A DNA stretch of 64,000 nt from Octopus sinensis (lineage: Eukaryota), in contig NC_042997.1 in the NCBI RefSeq assembly GCF_006345805.1, positions 209,746,001-209,810,000 on the forward strand, written 5' to 3'. The notes beneath the pieces are model-generated. The model did not search any database. It was not told the DNA's origin and saw nothing but the letters and a program-made list of their open reading frames with translations. How positions within the stretch are numbered: the first letter of the stretch is position 1; every line of letters starts with the position of its first letter. The position numbers and the translations under genes are program-made. Shown here piece by piece: positions 1 to 13,580 of this stretch.

Positions 1-450
1 ACCAGTGCTAGTGGCATGTAAAAGGCACTATTTGAGTGTGGTCAATGCCAGTGTCACTTGACTGGCTTCCGTGCCAGTGGCACATGAAAAGCACCATTTG
101 AGTGTGGTTGATGCCAGTGCCACCTGACTGGCCCTCGTGCCAGTGGCACATAGAAAGCACCCTCTAAACTCTCGGAGTGGTTGGCATTAGGAAGGGCATC
201 TAGCTGTAGAAATTTTGCCAGGTCAGATTGGAGCCTGGTGCAGCCTTCTGGCTCTCCAGTCCTCACTCAAACCGTCCAACCCATGCCAGCATGGAAAGTG
301 GACGTTAATCAGTGATGATGATGATGATATTAACAGATAGCATTAGGACGTGTGATTGTGAAGGTCCCACCATTGGCTGTTTTCTTACATTTCCACCAAT
401 GTTTGTCACTACATCTTTAACATTTCCTTTTCTTGTCTGTTCGTCCACAG

Positions 451-649
451 GAATTAGTGCGAGAACACGAACCAGTGCCATCGGCAACAATCAGCAGTTC
501 CATTGTTGCAATCATTCAGAAAATGGTTGGTTCTCCCCCAGACTCTCACCTCATAGTAGCTGTCTGTGATTTTCTGTTGTTGATGCACCCTGCTGCTGAC
601 ACCTACATAAACTATGCAAGATCCGGCTTCTACTTCAGTTGCTGGTGGG
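451..649 (+). CDS. LYST: LYST exon 1 of window (ELVREHEP...FYFSCWW)
   Basis: ccacag|GAA acceptor, G|gtaagt donor, phase 0 to 1. Confidence 0.92.
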
Positions 650-3600
650 GTAAGTTCTACGTTTTATATAACTCCTCTCATCTTCTTAAGACTTTCTTCT
701 CTTCAGTGTGTGTGTGTGTTTTACATCCAGTTGACAATTATGGAATGCCCTGTGCTTGGTTGGTTGTGTGGTTAGGGATCTTAGTAAACCTCTGTAGTCA
801 TAACTGTGTTGTCACATGTCAGACATACTTCCATCTGCAGCAGCCTATCTCTTACCCGAATTAAGTTACATGCCTTTGATAGAATTTTTAATTAACCTAA
901 TTATCTTATGTACTAACTACCACTGTAATTTTAATTAATTAATCCATTCATTCATTCTTGGCTTGTTTCATTAAGTGGCTACTTTATTGCAAACTGAGAG
1001 TTTGGTGCAGTTCTATAGCGGTTAAGAGTGCAGGCTACTAACCCCAAGAATCCAAGTTCGATGCCAGGCAGTGACCTGGACAATAATAATAATAATAATA
1101 ACAACAACAACAACAAGATTGAAAAATACCTTAGGAATGAGAACCCAGGTTCAAAATTTCCCCAACACACCTGAAGAAGGCTGGAGGGTATATCAGCCGA
1201 AACATGTTAACAACAAACAAGACAAATATCCGTCAAATATTGGACAAATAAGGACAAATATCCGTCAAATATTGCGAGAGTTTGGTGGTTCAAACTTCCA
1301 CCCATCCACTCACATCTTCATCCTTCCCCATTCATTTCTGTTCACCTTGCACTTTGAAGGCCCACACAGATGCCTCATTGTTGCTAGTTTTAGCTCTTCC
1401 CTCTTCCACTCCAATCATCCTTTCACCCTCTCTTCTAAAATTTGTGAGTTGCCACGTGGCCTGTCTACAGCAAGAAACTTGTCCCGCTCTGGCCCCATCT
1501 CTCATATCTTAACCCTTCATCTCCCAGCATAAAGGCACCCCTCTTGGGGTTCCTACTCTTGCCAGCTGCATGGTGGCTTCACTAATGCTGATGGCATGAA
1601 GAAAGCATCCAGCACCCTCTATAAAACAGTTGGCATTAGGAAGGGCTGCCAGCTGTGGTAACCATGCCAAAGTAGACAGCCCAACCCATGCCACCATGGG
1701 ACAGGGACAGTAAATGAGGGAGGTGATGTATTCTGTCCTCAGCTGAAATATTTAGCTGTCAAACTGCTCAGTCCATCTAGCTGTAAAAAGGTACCACACA
1801 AGAGGGAAACAACTTATAGAATCAGTTTATGTAAAATTGACAAGTTAGTTTTTGTTGTTGTTTGGCCCCAGGCTGGCCCCAATTGAGCAAACTTATGTTC
1901 AAAGACATTCCAGCCATGACCCTCTATCCATTTAGGAGTATCTAGGATTACATTACCTAATACCATCATTCTTGTGTTTAAGATGACAGGGTGTGTGATT
2001 CAAGAGATATTTGGCTACTATTTCTTGCTGGTCAAGTAATGCTGTAGAGGATCCACAAATAGTGAAGTCACTGCTAAATTAATGAGCCAAACATCATCGT
2101 TAAAAATGTCAAACAGTTTTAATTAATTATAATTTCACATGTGGACACAGGTGTGGCTGCACAAGAAGTTTGCTTTCCAGCCACATGGTTCTGGGTTTAA
2201 TCCCAATGTGTGACGCCTTGGGCAAGTGTCTTCTGATTATAGGCTTGGGCTGATCAAAGTCCCTTGTTAGTGGATTTGGTAGACAGAAACTGAAAGAAGC
2301 CTATTGTGTGTTTGTCTTTGTGTTTGACCCCTACCACCACCACCACCACCACTGCTTGACAGCTGGTGTTAGTTTATGTCCCATTAGCTTAGTGGTTCAG
2401 CAAAAGAGACTGATACAAAAAATAATACCTACCAGGGTTGATTTGTTTGACTAAAAATTCTTCGAGGCAGTGCTCCAGCATGACCACAATCTAATGACAG
2501 AAACAAGAAAAAGATTAAAAAAAAATGTAAAGGATGTAACGAAGCAAGAAACTAATCAATCAGTTTCAATTATATTTCTGACTCATTACATCAATTTATT
2601 TCTCCTGCAGAGAGCGTCCCTGGGTAACCTCAGGTGTTATTTTAAATTGTTAATTAGTACTACTGAGTTCAGTTATTAACTGTGGGGATGGGTGGGGGGC
2701 AGGCAGTCAATCTGATGGTCATTACAATATTATGTAGTACCACTGAAGTGTTGCTTGGTATCACTCCAGTATTGTGTGGTGCCACCTTGGTACCGTGTGA
2801 TCTGGTTGCAGTCTTCTGTAGCACCACTGCACCCTTGTCTTGTACTACAGCATCGTTGTATTGTTCCACTGTAAGTTTGAGTGATACCACTGCCATAATG
2901 GCGGAGGGAATACCATGGAGAGCTGGTAGAATCGTTAGCACGCCAGGCGAAATGCGTAGCCGTTTTTCGTCTGCTGTTACGTTCTGAGTTCAAATTCCAC
3001 TAAGGTCGACTTTGCCTTTAAATCTTTCGGGGTGGATAAATTAAGTACCAGTAACGCATTGGGGTTGATATAATCAACTTAATCCCTTTGTCTGTCCTTG
3101 TTTGTCCTCTCTGTGTTTAGCCCCTTGTGGGCAGTAAAGAAATAGGTAATACCATGGCAGTGGTGTTTGTGGTGGTGATGGTGTTGACTTTAGTGTTGTG
3201 ATGGGTTTGTAATGTTACGGTGGTTGGAGTGTGAGAATAACGACTGTAGTAGGGAAACATGGTTGTATTTCCCCTTGCACCATTGTTATCTGTCTGTCTG
3301 TTTGTCTCTCAGGTGTACCTGGCACTCCCATTGCTAGGAGAATCAGCAGGAAGAATAGGACAATTGATCAAGTGAGACTGGCCAGTCTTGGTGATTATGA
3401 CAATGAAACTGAAGGAACCAGAAAAGGTAAGGCATTCCCAAACTGTTTTATTTTCTGGTACTGTGTACCTTGGACAATATTATCCAATGTGTTCTTCATT
3501 CATTCATTTTTATATTAAATGGTAAGGTATGATTCAAGGGATATTTGGCTGCTATTTTTAATAATTTGAACAACCACATTGAGGCATTCAGTTGTCTGTA

Positions 3601-6600
3601 TCCTTCCTTTAAGATAGTACAACATGGTGTGACCCTTTCATTGCCATATATCTGTTGAGATGTTCTGTGTTTCTTTCAATTAATTTTAAATATAACAAAG
3701 AATTTAGTAAAATTCCGCCAAGGTCGACTTTGCCTTTCATCCTTTCGGGGTCGATAAATTAAGTACCAGTTATGAACTGGGATCAATGTCTTAATTTGTT
3801 TGTTTGTCCTTGTTTGTCCTCTCTGTGTTTAGCCTCTTGTGGGTAGTAAAGAAATAGGTATTTCGTCTGCCGCTATGTTCTGAGTTCAAATTCTGCTGAG
3901 GTCGACTTTGCCTTTCATCCTTTCGGGGTCGATTAAATAGGTACCAGTTATGCACTGGGGTCGATGTAATCGACTTAATCCGTTTGTCTGTCCTTGTTTT
4001 TCCCCTCTGTGTTTAGTCCCCTGTGGGCAATAATTGCCATAGTTTGTATTTCTCACTGAAATGACTATTGTGGTATTGTTTTTTGTGATGATGATGATGA
4101 TGATGAAGATGTTTTGTTTGTTTCCAGGCCTCTTCCGAACGGTGTCTTTTGTATCATCTAGCAAGCCTGTGTATGATCGACAGATCGGGATGAACCGACC
4201 TCGTTCCGCTTCATATCCAAGCAATAATGAATTAAGAGGATGGAAGACACAAAAGGATAAACAGAATTATGCCGAACAGTTCCAAGACGGTAAAAAGCTT
4301 TCCTCAAAGATTCACTCGCAAAGCGAGAAAACACCGGATTCTTGTGGAACGGAAAACAGTTTCAACGAAGCAGACAGCAACGATATTAATGATAATTCTG
4401 CCTGCAGTTCGGGAAAGTCTGCTGCCAGTGCCGTTGATGGCAACCTCTCCCAAAAACTGAGTTCAATCGACCAAGACAACAGTAGCAGTCTCTGTCGTCG
4501 ACCCCTTTATTCTCTGTCTGAATCTATGTCCCCTACAAGCTGTGATATTGGTAGTTCTTTGGATTCTGATGATGATGATGACGATGATGATGTGTATGAA
4601 AGTGAAGATCATGAGACTACAGAGAAGGGTCTTGTAGTCCTCTGTGCTGGTATGGCCCTTTCTTTTTGTTTTTATTTTCATCTGTTTTGTGTTTGTGTTC
4701 TTAAGATGTGACATTTTCATTTTGTAGCTTATCTGAGCATTGACACACTAAAGTTTTCACACCTAGCTGTTGGCTTTGTAGAAACCTACAAAATTATACA
4801 CCGTCTTTCCAACAACAACTTTGGCCATTTTTTAAAATTCAATATCTCTACCATTCATGTCCATGCCTATAAAATCCAAAAAAGACCTCAAAAAACAATG
4901 CAATTCCCTTGACTTGATTTCAGAAACGGTTTTTCACACTTGGAACTGTCAAAGCATGAAATAAACTGTGTCAGTTGTTAGTTTTCGGGACCACTACATC
5001 TGTCAAAAGTTCCATGCTCCCAGAAATTCACCAGCGCTCATTCCTTACATGCTCACCCACCCTTTCCTCTTTATGGCTCTTTTTACTGTTCATGTTTCTG
5101 TCTTTTTGTATTTTTATTCTGTCCTCTCTCCAAATACTTCTTGCTTCCGTTGCAGTCTTTCCTTACTCGACTTGTATGGTGGCTTTTAGCCCCACTTTTT
5201 TAACCCCTTTTCCAACAGGTTATAGGAACACCTGAGCACCGAATGCAATAAACTAATTATTATTATAATTACTTGCCTTAAATGCTGTTGTTGTTATTGG
5301 TGATGATGGTTGTTATTAAACAACAAGATGGGTAAGGGTGATTAGGTGATGGTTTAGGGCTTAGGGGCAGGAAACCCCAGATCTTGAAAAAAAAAGAAAA
5401 AAACTTTGGTCGTCTTGTTGTAGTCGAGGGCTCTTCGTTGATGCCTGACACCACTGGGAGGTGGCCCTCGAAGTCGCTGGAAATGGAGATCTCCAGGTCC
5501 AAATTCTTGAACGGCTGATGATGGTTGTGGTATTGGTGGTTGTAGTAGTGGTGGTTGTTGCAGTGGTCTGGTGCGATTGAAGTGATGGTGATGGTGGTGG
5601 TGGTGGTCATGATGTTGGTGGTACTGGTGCAAGTGGAAATGGTGGTGTTTAACCTTTAGAGGAGATTTTTGACCAAAGGCATTCAAGCTGGAATTATCCT
5701 GTGGATTTTTGCCTTTTTTTACAAGAACACATCATCTAATTTGTCTTCTTTAGATATCATACACTTGACTGCTATTTCTTGCTGATCAAGCAACCATATA
5801 ATGGTTTCCTTGTGAAGCTTGTGAAGAAGTTGGTGCATAGTCTGTTAGTTCAGAAGAGTAGAAGCTGTTGTAGTAGTAGTGGTAGAAAGAGATAGAGAGG
5901 ACACAGGACATTGGTGTGCTAATGGTTGTTGTGTTGACTTACCAATCAATGAAATGATCTACCTTTCCTCGTGTGTCTACTTTTAAGACCACACCACTGG
6001 TGCTGGTGCCACGTAAAAAGCACCCAGTTCACTCTGTGAGGTGGTCAGCATCAAGAAAGTCAGCCAGCTACAGAAACCATGCCAAAGCAGACAAAAGAAC
6101 CTGGTATGACCCCTGGCCTTGCTAGCCCCTGTCAAACCGTCCAACCCATGCTCACATGGAAAGCGAACATTAAATGATGATGATGATGATGATTGTTTGT
6201 TTGTTGAGCGAAGCTGTCTTTGTCCCAGTAGTGGGAGAAGTCCGAAACATGGTCCTTTGCTATTTGTAAGACCCACAGAAGAGAAAGCAGGTCAACCCCC
6301 GACACCGAGAGCTTCGACGGATGGATGAATGCGCATCCAGGCTCAGCGGTTGCATAGGAAGTTGGGGACCAGAAACAGGAAGAAAGAGTGAGAGAAAGTT
6401 GGGGATGAAAGAGTACAACAGGGGTCGCCACCATCCCCTGCTGGAGCCTCGTAGAGCTTTAGGTGTTTTCGCTCAATGAACACACACAACGCCCGGCCTG
6501 GGAATCGAAACTGCAATCCTCCGACTGCGAGTCCACTGCCTTAACCACTGGGCCATTGCGCCTCCTTTTGATGATGCTGATGATCAGGATGTAATGTAGT

Positions 6601-9600
6601 CTTTAAAAAAATCCTCAATGCTGATTAGCTCTGGATACACATACCATATCTTCTCACTCCCATCACATGACTGTCTGGGTGAGTCATATGATGAATGTGA
6701 GAAGATGTGGTGTATATATATATATATATATATTGGGCATGACTGTGCTATAGAGGTTGTGTGGTGGTGTGGACATAGTGGCTGTAGTAATAATAGTGGG
6801 GTAGTGTTATAGCTGTAATGGTGGTGGCTGTAGGCATGTGGATGTGGTAGTAGTTATAGTGGAGAGGTTGTGAATGCCGTAGGTGTGGTGGTGGTTTTGG
6901 TGGTGGCATGGTTGCTGTAGTAGTGTTATGGTGTTCATTGAACCATTTCTTCCTAAACTACCAATTTTTCTTATATTTCCAGGTTTACTAGAACTAATGT
7001 GTTCGACATTAATTGTCTTTGATGAAACCCAATTAGACAAGCTTCTCTTTAATGTTATTAATGCAAGAGTCCTCATTGTTCTGGCACACAACAGTTCCGC
7101 AGAGATTAGGGCCCTCGTCATTCGGGTAAGTCAAGGTTTTCGGTCCACATCATCTTTTAAATGAAATACTTTTCTATCACCTGCCCAGACGTGGCCGTAT
7201 GGTTGAGAAGCTTGCTTCCCGATCATAAGGGCTTGGGTTCAGTCCTTTTGTGTGGCACCTTGGCACATGTCTTCTACTACAGCTCCAGACTGACCAAAGT
7301 CTTGTCAGTGAATTTGGTAAAGAGAAACTGAAAGAAGATTGTTGTACATGTGCCTCGTATGCCTCTTAACCAATATGTGCCATCAGTTGCTGATATTGGT
7401 TTCAAATTTTTACACAATGCCAGCAATTTCTCAGTGCCTAACTGGTACTTATTTTATTGACCTTAAAAGGATGAAAAACAAAGTTGATCATGGCACAATT
7501 TGAACTCAGATACCACTAAGCATTTTGTTCAACATGCTAACAATTCTGCCAGCTTGCTCCCTTAATCAGTCGCTAATATTGACTGGTTTCATATAAAGAA
7601 AGCTTTGTTTTCAGGCCAGAGTTACCTCTCTTTGGTATCTGGTGCTGAAGAGAACTAAAGAGTTCAAAATGCATCCATCAGTCCAATAAAGATCGTTTTT
7701 CAAGGACTGCTTATTCTCATTGTGTCCTTCCTGTTTTAACCCTTTTGACATCAACCTACCTGAGACAACCCCTCGTTCTATAACACAAATTTCCTGTTCT
7801 AAAACCATCTAAATTAAAATCTTGTTCCATCAAAATTTCCCGTTAACTTGTGTTCCAAACTTCAGGTTAATAACAACAAATGCTATTTTACCAAGTTCTT
7901 CATTACTTTCAAAATAAATTGAAAATAAAGGCAATGTATATCAACAGGAATACGGTAAAGAAAGGGTTAAGATGGTAAGGGGTGTGATAGGGGGGAAATT
8001 TGACTGCTATTTCTAGCAGGCTGTGATATTTTAGAGAGCTCTTTGTTGTTGTTGCTGTTATCATTGCTGTTGTTGTTATTGTTGTCTTTTTCTGCAGCTC
8101 CTTGATATCTACCTCCAACGATGTCGCAACAACCATGTTGAAGTCTTCCTTAAGCTAAATGGTTTCCATCTGCTAGCAACTCAACTTTACCATTACCAGT
8201 CAGAGAAATCTCTGGTAGAGATGGCCTTCTCAATAATGCTTGCCAAGCAATTCACTATGGACGAAGGGTAAGTCCTTCTCTCTCTCTCTCTTTTGATTTC
8301 TTCAGGCAGGTTACTTCTACATGTAATTCTGGCAGAAGTAAGACTCTGTGTGTAAAGGAAAATCCTGAGTAGTGAAGATTTAAGTCACAAACTATTGATA
8401 TAAATATATATACATACACACAAATTTAGCGGAATGACCACCAAATTCGACTCCTAATATGCTAAACATAGATGTCAAATCGCCATTACCACGAAGAATG
8501 TGTTCTCAAGAAAAATCTCAGCAAACCACCAGAATATAAAAATGAAGAAGACAAATGAAAACATACGAAATAAAAATTGATTACCTACCACCAATCATTT
8601 CGTTTTTTAATATTTACGAATGTAAATACCTGAAAACTCATCAGCATATTTTGTTTTATTTCGTATATTTTCATTTGTTTTGCTCATTTTTACATTCTGG
8701 CGATTTTGCTGAAATTTTTCTTGAGAACACATTCTACATGGTAAGGCAATTTGACGTCTATCTCTAGCATATTAGGAATCCACTTTGGTGGTCATTCCTC
8801 TTATTAATTGTAATATAATTTTTAAAACTTTGAAGTTTCTAAATATGCTAGGCCACTGGTTTAAATTGATGTTAATTGATTAATATCAATTTCTACCCTC
8901 ATTATTTAATTTATATATATATATATATATATATCTATATATAAACGGCAGTTTGTCTGTCTCTGTGTCTGTGTGTCTGTCAGGTTGTACCCTCACCCTG
9001 ACCACGGCTTTCAACCGATTCTGATGAAACTTGACACACACACAGCCCAATGTCATAATTCAAAACTAACGCAGCGAAAATTTTGAAAAGTTCCCCCAGT
9101 TCTGAAAAAAATCGATAAATTCGACATGGGGTCGAGAATCTAAGCTTTTTATATGCAACACATTTTCTGTTGTAGTTTTCGCAACTTGCAATCGATTTTC
9201 ACCAAACTCATGGTGAAGCTTAATGTTACCCTAAAAAACCTAATTCTGACGTTAGTTTTCCATGCAATACCTTACCATCAGAAAAAATCGATAAAATCAT
9301 GCCATTTTGGGAAATCGCGTTCAAATTCAAGATGACATATTTTCGACAATATCTTTCACAAATTGGCAGGAATTTTTTTTTAAATTCACAGCGAGCATCA
9401 TGTCTGCTCCAATAGGATACTCTATTACTGGAAAAAATCGGTTAATTAAATCATATGTGGCACACATAGCAAACCGATTTGTGTATTAAACACAAACCAC
9501 AGACTGTCTAGGGGACGCAACTCGACCTTTTTAACTCTTTTACACTCCCAAATAAATATCAAACAGCTATCGATAATTCAACCCAACCAATTCCTATCAG

Positions 9601-10575
9601 GAAAAAATTACATTCGAGACTTTACCCCCAACACTTCTGCTAATAGCTGCTGCAGCCACAAGTTATTCGAATACATTTTTTGTTTAGACTTTCTTTATAA
9701 CTACCACCCCAAACATTTTACCTTAAATTTTTGATGTACCCTAAGGGTCCTCGGACGCTACTTGCAAACTCTTGGTTTATTACAAGCCGCTTTTGTCGTG
9801 TGCACCGAAAAACCTTTTCGTTTGTTCAGTTTGGTCACTTTTAACTTTTCGTTGTTGTCACTCACATTGTTGCCCACTTTTTTGCCGTTTTGGTACATTT
9901 TTATACATTTTGGGATACTTACCCCGCGTGTTCCTTTTTATTACACCTTTGCCAAACTCATTGTTTCCACCAAAATACTTACCCCACATATTCCTTTGTA
10001 TTACACCTTTGCCAAACACATTGCTATCCACCAAAATGCCACCCAAGAAGAGAAGGACCCTCCTCAGCCCTCGGACGACCAAGACATCGGCTGCTAGGGC
10101 TTGAAGGGCATGCAAGACCCACGAGGAAACCGCCTTGCGCCTCTTGCAAAAAGCTTAAATCCCAAGGCCAAACGCTACAAGTTGCTGGGTTACATTTGGG
10201 CGAACAGTGCTTCGCCCACGGTCAACTCTACGTGAGCTGTTCACGTGTTGGGAGGCGCAATGATGTTTTAATGTTTTCGCCCAAAGGGACAGCTAGGAAC
10301 ATCGTATACACAGAAGTATTCGAGTGAAGAGAAGACATTGCAACCTATACATGCGCCTTCGTTCCCTAGAGGGAAAGAGGGAAAGGACTAGATCGGGATT
10401 AGTCGTTGCCTACTAGGGGCTCTTACATACCCAGGCAACGCTGGGCTATGCTGCTAGTATATATATATATGTTATTATGGTTGTAGTTTTGTTAATTAAA
10501 TAAGACACATTCTAATATCCTAAAGCTGATAAACCAACTAATGTGTTTCTCCATTTTATTATTTGTAATATATAT

Positions 10576-10610
<35 letters not shown>

Positions 10611-13525
10611 TGCTCAGTTGCATTTCAACAGTATTTTCTACATGTTCTTGTTGTTGTTGTTGTTGTTCCAGCTTTGACTTCAGCCAACTGCACCATGTGA
10701 ACCAAGTACAACTATCATCAGCTCCACTACTTCTGTCTCTTCTGGAGAAATCTTCTGAAGACTTTGCCTTAGCTTCTTCTTTTCTAATCATTCTTCATCA
10801 GGTAAGACATATTTCAACTGTTAAGCCCTGTCCTTGTCCTCCATAATCCCATAACAGAAGAGAATTCTGTTAGGAGATTGAATTTTTTTAACCATCATCA
10901 TCATCATCATCATTTCACATCTGTTTACCATGCTGGCGTGGGTTGGATGATTAGAAACTTACTATTTGTAAATCTCAGAATGAGAGATATTCAGCAACAG
11001 TACTTTGGAGTAAAGATTGTTTGTCAACATAACATGGCAGTCCTGGTTTAGGACGAATGCTGCTGTAATTTAGCCCCTATACGACACGATCTGTGTCCTT
11101 ATATTTTCAAACAAGGGAATGTAGCACCCCCACTCAGCTCAATATCTGTATATTGCAATTTCTGGATTATTTCCCTTCATCAGCATAGAATAATTGTTTG
11201 GCTAGAGGTGGTGCTGCCAAATCCCTGTTTGAAATATATTGAAATATATAGTTTTCAAAGTGACACACAGTCACTGATCTATAAATTAGAAAATTACTAT
11301 TTTTAAATCTCACAATGTCAGATATTCAGCAACAATACTTTGGAGTAAAGATTGTTTACTAACATAACATGGCAGTCCTGGTTTAGGATGAATGTTGAAA
11401 ACATACGTGTCGTACAGCCACCTGGAGACGATGTCTCCTGGGGCTAAATTACAGCAACATTCGTCCTAAACCAGGACTGCCATGTTATGTAGGCAAACAC
11501 TCTTTACTCCATGAGTTGGATGGTTTGACAGGAACTGGCAGGCCAGAGAGTTGCACCAGGATCCAATTATCTGTTTTGGCTTGGTTTCTACAGTCGGGTG
11601 CCCTTCCTAATACAACCACTTTACAGAGTGTAATGGATGCTTTTTTCATGGTGCCAACACCAGTGCTTTCAACGTGGCACCAGCATGGGTGCTGTTACGT
11701 GACGCTAGCACAGGTGCTTTTAACATGGCACCAGGGAGGGTTGCCAAATAGCTTGCAAGACAAAAACCTCTTGAATATGAAACTATTTTAAAATAACGGA
11801 AGAAATATATCCAAACACCCACAGAGAAATATATTGGTTTATAACCAAGTAAATGTATTGGCATTGACAGTTTTTTTTTGTTACATCGTAAAAGGTTTAA
11901 TACAGTACAATGTGGTGAAATGGTTCCTGTTTCTTGCCGTGGATTGAGAATCACGGGGTAGAGCCAAAGTGTTTTCCTCTTTTTACAGGCTGGCAAACGT
12001 TTTGCAATGAATGCACCAAATGCTTTGATAGAAACCATGATGGAAACTGAAAGACCCCAAAATAGTAGTAAAACATTAGTTACAAGAAGGTACTGTTATC
12101 TGTCACCAAGCAACAGTTATTAATATGACTACCATGTGTCAGAGCGAAAGGAATGAGAAGAGGTTTTTCGGTGACATTTTGTGCAGTGTAAGGAGCGGGG
12201 AGAGAATATATAAAATTATTGTTATGCCATGCTTGAGAAGAAAACCCATCAAGCTAAGTAAAATTGTAGTCGTGGCAGATACTGGTGTCACACAAATGGC
12301 ACCCATGTTGGTGGCACGTAAAAGCACCCATTATACTCTCAGAGGGGTTGGCTTTAGGAAGGACATCCAGCTGTAGAAAACAATGTCAAAACAGACTGGA
12401 CTGTGGTGCAGCCTTCCAGCTTGCCAGCCCTGGTCAAACTGTTCAACCCATGCCAGCATGGACAACGGACTTTAAATGATGATGATGATGACTTAGGTTG
12501 CAGTTTTATGACCAAGATGACATTTCTATATGTTTTCTTTCCGTCTCTCTCTCTTCCTCTCTCTCCCTCTCTCTCTCCCTCTCTCTCTCTCTGTCTCCCT
12601 CTCTCCAGCCAGTGGTCAGTTTGTAATTTATATCCAAATTCTTTATTGCAGATGTTTGAATGTAATTCTGTGATTTGTGCTGCTTTGATGGACTCTGGAC
12701 TCACTGAAACCCTCTGCAATTTCTTGGCTAAGATGAACCAGTTTTACAACAGGTAAGTTATCAGAGTGGGTGGTGGTCATGGTGATGGCAATGGTGGTTG
12801 TGGTGTTAAAGTGTGATGTTGAGGTATTATTTCAGTGTTGCAAGTGTTGCCAGAATGATGGACTGTGGTGATAGTGGTGGTGGTAGTGAATTGTCATAAT
12901 AATAGTGGTTTCAGATTTTGCCACAAGGGCAGCGGTTTTGGGGGAGGGGATGAGTTGATTATATTGACCCCAGTGTTCAAGTGGTGCTTATTTTATTGAC
13001 CCTGGAAGGATGAAAGGCAAAGTCAACCGCAGCGGAATTGTCATAATAATAATAATAATGATAATAATAATAATAATAGTAGTAGTAGTAGTAGTAGGAA
13101 ACTTGATATGATTGGTTTTGTTGAATGTGGGTTTGATAGGTGTGTAATATATGATTAATGGCAACAGAAGTATTTTTTTCCCACTTAAAGTGGTTGTTGT
13201 GTTAGAACACACAATACTGTGTTACTGACCATGAGAGAATCTCTCATACGGACTTCAAATTCTATATATAGTAGGAGATAAATATTCTTTTCTACTCCAG
13301 GCACAAGGCCCGAAATTTTGGGGGAGGGAGCCAGTCGATTAGATCGACCCCAGTACACAAAAGGTACTTAATTTATTGACCCCGAAAGGATGAAAGGTGA
13401 AGTTGACCTTGGTGGGATTTGAACTCAGAACGTAAAGACAGACAAAATACTGCTAAGCGTTTCACCCGGTGTGCTAACGTTTCTGCCAGCTCACCACCTT
13501 AGAAGGAGATAAATATTAGGTTTTG

Positions 13526-13580
<55 letters not shown>

